This document shows positions 61,181-64,000 of a stretch of DNA of 64,000 nt, in pieces; the first letter of the stretch is position 1; each line of letters starts with the position of its first letter. Location of the stretch: the NCBI GenBank assembly GCA_963674705.1, contig OY771506.1, positions 2,944,001-3,008,000 on the forward strand, written 5' to 3'. The position numbers were made by a program, and so were the translations under genes. A model generated the notes under the pieces. It was not told the DNA's origin and did not search any database. It saw only the letters and a program-made list of their open reading frames with translations. The DNA is from Phycisphaeraceae bacterium (lineage in GTDB: Bacteria; Planctomycetota; Phycisphaerae; Phycisphaerales; Phycisphaeraceae).

Positions 61181-63037
61181 CTACTTCTTCTCTTCCAGAA
61201 GCCGTGCGTTGTACGTGGCCAGTAAATCCTGACGCCGCAGCAGCCCAAGCACCTTGCCCGGCTCGTTCTCATCTACCACCGGTAACTCTTCATACGATTC
61301 AAACACAAACCGGCTGATCGCGCTCGATAGATCCATCTGCAGCGTCAACGGCTCAACACCCGGCATCGCTAAATCCTGCGCAACCGCCAGGCTCCCCGCG
61401 TCCGATTCATACAAAAACTGCCGGATGTCGTGCAGGCCGAACAACCCGTAATACGAGCCGTCATCATTGATCACCGGAAACGACGCCTGCCGCGTCTGCG
61501 GGATCAGGTGTGCCATGTCATCCAACGGCATGTTCAACGGCACGTTCACAAAATCACGCGCCGCATCGTGCAGCGCATCCCGCACGCTCAGGCCCTGCAG
61601 GATATCGACGATAAAATCCCCGCGGTGCGCCGGCGATTCCAGACGGTTGGCGACCTGCTCCCGGTAGATCGTGTAGTTACGGTTTAAGAGGTACGCCAGT
61701 GCACAAACCCACATCGAAGGCAGCAGCAGCGTGTAGCTGGCGGTCATCTCCGACACCATGATGAGCGTACTTACGGGCGTGCACGCCGCCGCAGCAAAGA
61801 AGCTCGCCATCCCCAGCATCGCAAACACCGGCACCTGCTCCTGCGCAACAATACCGGGCATCCACTGATGAAACAATAGCCCGACCACCGCGCCCATCGA
61901 TCCGCCGATCACCATGCTCGGCCCGAACACGCCGCCCGATCCGCCTGACCCGATCGTCAACGACGTCGTCAGAATCTTGCCAAGTCCCACAGCGATCAGA
62001 ATCACCACCGTCAGGTTGTCCGGGTTCTCCAGAACATGCTGCAAGAAACCATAACCCGCAGATAAAACACTCAGGCTGTTATATGCTTCAGCATCTCGTC
62101 CGTACGCTACAAAAATGTAGTACAAGCACATCGCAAACAAGCCCGTCGCCCCGGCGCCGATCGCCGGCTTGAGCATGTTGGGGATCTTCAGCTTATGGAA
62201 CAACGCTGTGATCCCATAGAAGCACTTGATATACGCCCACGCCAACACCACCATCACCCCGGCCAACACCGTTAACGGCAACAGCAGCGACGGCTGATTG
62301 AACGGGATCGCCTCCACCGCGAATAACGGCTTGAATCCAAACGCCAGACAGAACACGCAATACGCAATCGACGTCGAGATAAACGATGGGATCAACGCCT
62401 CCGCCTCGAAGTCCGGGTCGCGGTACAACACTTCAACGGCAAAAATCGCCCCGGCCAGCGGCGCATGGAAGATCGCGCCGATGCCTGCCCCTAATCCCGC
62501 CGCCATCAAAACACGTCGCTCCGAGTCCGTCAGCTTCAACTTCGTTGCCAGGAACGAACCAAACCCCGCACCGATCTGCGCGATCGGTCCTTCTCGGCCG
62601 CCCGACCCGCCCGTGCCCATCGTGATCGCCGATGCGATCATTTTCACGATCGGCACACGACCACGCACCACACCGCCCTTGTTGTGATACGCATCGATCG
62701 CCGCATCCGTCCCGTGCCCCTCCGCCTCGGGGGCGTACTTGTACACGATAAACCCGCTGATCAGCCCGCCAACTGTTGGCACGATCAACAACATCCACGG
62801 CATCAAGCCGCGATGGTTCAAACCGCTGCCGAATACATCCAGGAACTCCATCTCGTTCCCGGCCCCGCCCTGGTGATATCCCACACCCCATTCCAGACTT
62901 ACGTGTGTGATCGTCAGACACATCAAATGAAAACCGATTGCCCCCAGCCCCGCCACGATACCCACCACCGGCGCAAGCATGATGCTGCGGTTGGTCCTCG
63001 GGATGAAGTTTCGTAATCGTTGAAGCAATGTAACCAT
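61181..63037 (-). CDS. ClC family chloride channel/transporter with a CBS pair
   Basis: AEGHGTD, GSGGREGP, GGVFGPS, YTIY; C-terminal CBS domains. Confidence 0.93.
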   Translation of the reverse strand: MVTLLQRLRNFIPRTNRSIMLAPVVGIVAGLGAIGFHLMCLTITHVSLEWGVGYHQGGAGNEMEFLDVFGSGLNHRGLMPWMLLIVPTVGGLISGFIVYKYAPEAEGHGTDAAIDAYHNKGGVVRGRVPIVKMIASAITMGTGGSGGREGPIAQIGAGFGSFLATKLKLTDSERRVLMAAGLGAGIGAIFHAPLAGAIFAVEVLYRDPDFEAEALIPSFISTSIAYCVFCLAFGFKPLFAVEAIPFNQPSLLLPLTVLAGVMVVLAWAYIKCFYGITALFHKLKIPNMLKPAIGAGATGLFAMCLYYIFVAYGRDAEAYNSLSVLSAGYGFLQHVLENPDNLTVVILIAVGLGKILTTSLTIGSGGSGGVFGPSMVIGGSMGAVVGLLFHQWMPGIVAQEQVPVFAMLGMASFFAAAACTPVSTLIMVSEMTASYTLLLPSMWVCALAYLLNRNYTIYREQVANRLESPAHRGDFIVDILQGLSVRDALHDAARDFVNVPLNMPLDDMAHLIPQTRQASFPVINDDGSYYGLFGLHDIRQFLYESDAGSLAVAQDLAMPGVEPLTLQMDLSSAISRFVFESYEELPVVDENEPGKVLGLLRRQDLLATYNARLLEEKK

Positions 63038-63247
63038 GACAAGCCACGTATCATAGCGGATTTATAGATTCGATCAGGGGCCGGCACAGCAATGGATTGC
63101 AACCCGAGCCATTTATCCACTGACCGTGAGAATCGTGCGGTTTTTTATGTGAAATACTTCCCCTCTCGCATTTTCGCTTGACGGCTGGCATGGGATGCTG
63201 TGAGAATGACATGACACATCTTTTGGGCGGGTAACCAGGAGGTCATC

Positions 63248-64000
63248 ATGTCCAAAACCCCAATCTTCTTAACCGCGCTTCTAGGCGCCAACACACTCTT
63301 TGCAGAAGTAACCATCGACTTTGCAGTCGTCGATACATCAGCCGTTCCTCAAATGGCCGGGTATGTCTCGCAGGACATACATGTACTGTCCACTCAGGAT
63401 TGGACCACCGCATCCATGTCCGTTTCGCTGACCAGCGGGTCCATCTACCAGGACACATCACCCTATGCAGGCGATACCGCGCCGCCCTCAATTATGATCC
63501 AGTACTTCCCGTTACTGGCATACGACACCTACGTCGGCATCATCGACGACACCACGATGCTCCTGCCCGGCGCTATCGACATCGGCGGCGCTGAGCACGC
63601 CACCTACCGATTTGATACCGAAGCCATCGATATCACCTGGCACAACGAAACCCCGACAGACTACGGTGAACTCGAGACCGGACGCCTGACACTTTCTGAC
63701 GATGCACAAGGCACGATGGGGTTCTCCGTCTCTGAGGGCGGTAAGTTTGTCGTCGTCTTCAACTTCAACATCGTCAACGGCGTAGTAGAAACCGACGTCT
63801 GTGCCGGCATCCCCGGCTGTAACATCATGGGCCTCGATGAACTGGATCGCGTGCTCACTCACTGGAACCAGAACGTGCCCGTCGGAAACGAACTCATGGG
63901 CGACTACCAGCATGACGGCTACGTCGGACTGGACGATCTTGATGCCGTCCTTCACTTCTGGAATATCCAAACCACCCGCCCGACCGTCGACCTGACTTAC
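63248..64000 (+). CDS. Secreted protein with a dockerin-like repeat (runs off the window end; probably PEP-CTERM-type)
   Basis: Not in the ORF track; AGGAGG RBS then MSKTPIFLTALLGANTLFAEV...GLDELDRVLTHWNQNVP...GDYQHDGYVGLDDLDAVLHFWN, similar to the repeat in 41970-42998. Confidence 0.85.
   Translation, partial: MSKTPIFLTALLGANTLFAEVTIDFAVVDTSAVPQMAGYVSQDIHVLSTQDWTTASMSVSLTSGSIYQDTSPYAGDTAPPSIMIQYFPLLAYDTYVGIIDDTTMLLPGAIDIGGAEHATYRFDTEAIDITWHNETPTDYGELETGRLTLSDDAQGTMGFSVSEGGKFVVVFNFNIVNGVVETDVCAGIPGCNIMGLDELDRVLTHWNQNVPVGNELMGDYQHDGYVGLDDLDAVLHFWNIQTTRPTVDLTY

Overview
A 64-kb, GC-rich chromosomal segment that looks like a Planctomycetota (Phycisphaerae-like) genome. The taxonomic call is an inference from the many PEP-CTERM proteins, planctomycete dockerin-like repeats, DUF1559/H-X9-DG pilin-like proteins and the groEL-groES-groEL-dnaJ-grpE operon. 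Most of the window is housekeeping: galE (partial), DUF368, an AGCS symporter, gcvH, sat, the chaperone operon, thiS/thiG, LptD-, SurA- and AsmA-like envelope genes, tmk, a FabF-like synthase, a fused IOR, sthA, Mn-SOD, a sigma-70 factor, nadE, yihY, yidD, rnpA and a ClC. I found no rRNA, tRNA, CRISPR array or classical transposase. The most striking unexplained signal is a modular family of short-period (7/9/10-bp unit) repeat tracts. They occur as inverted pairs, in composites around a conserved 35-bp hairpin core (5 copies), as a nested palindrome at 58.5-59.0 kb, and translated in-frame inside the FabF-like gene. One inverted pair encloses a GxxExxY nuclease-like gene, which carries an in-frame TAG and is inserted in the chaperone operon. 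This suggests an uncharacterised nuclease-associated mobile element family with gene-less derivatives. Other notable items: a PEP-CTERM/pilin-like cluster behind a promoter flanked by Fur-family-like boxes, a sigma-54 promoter plus enhancer on the groEL operon, a phosphatase gene between ~92-bp direct repeats, a probable pseudo-amidohydrolase and one frameshifted gene.
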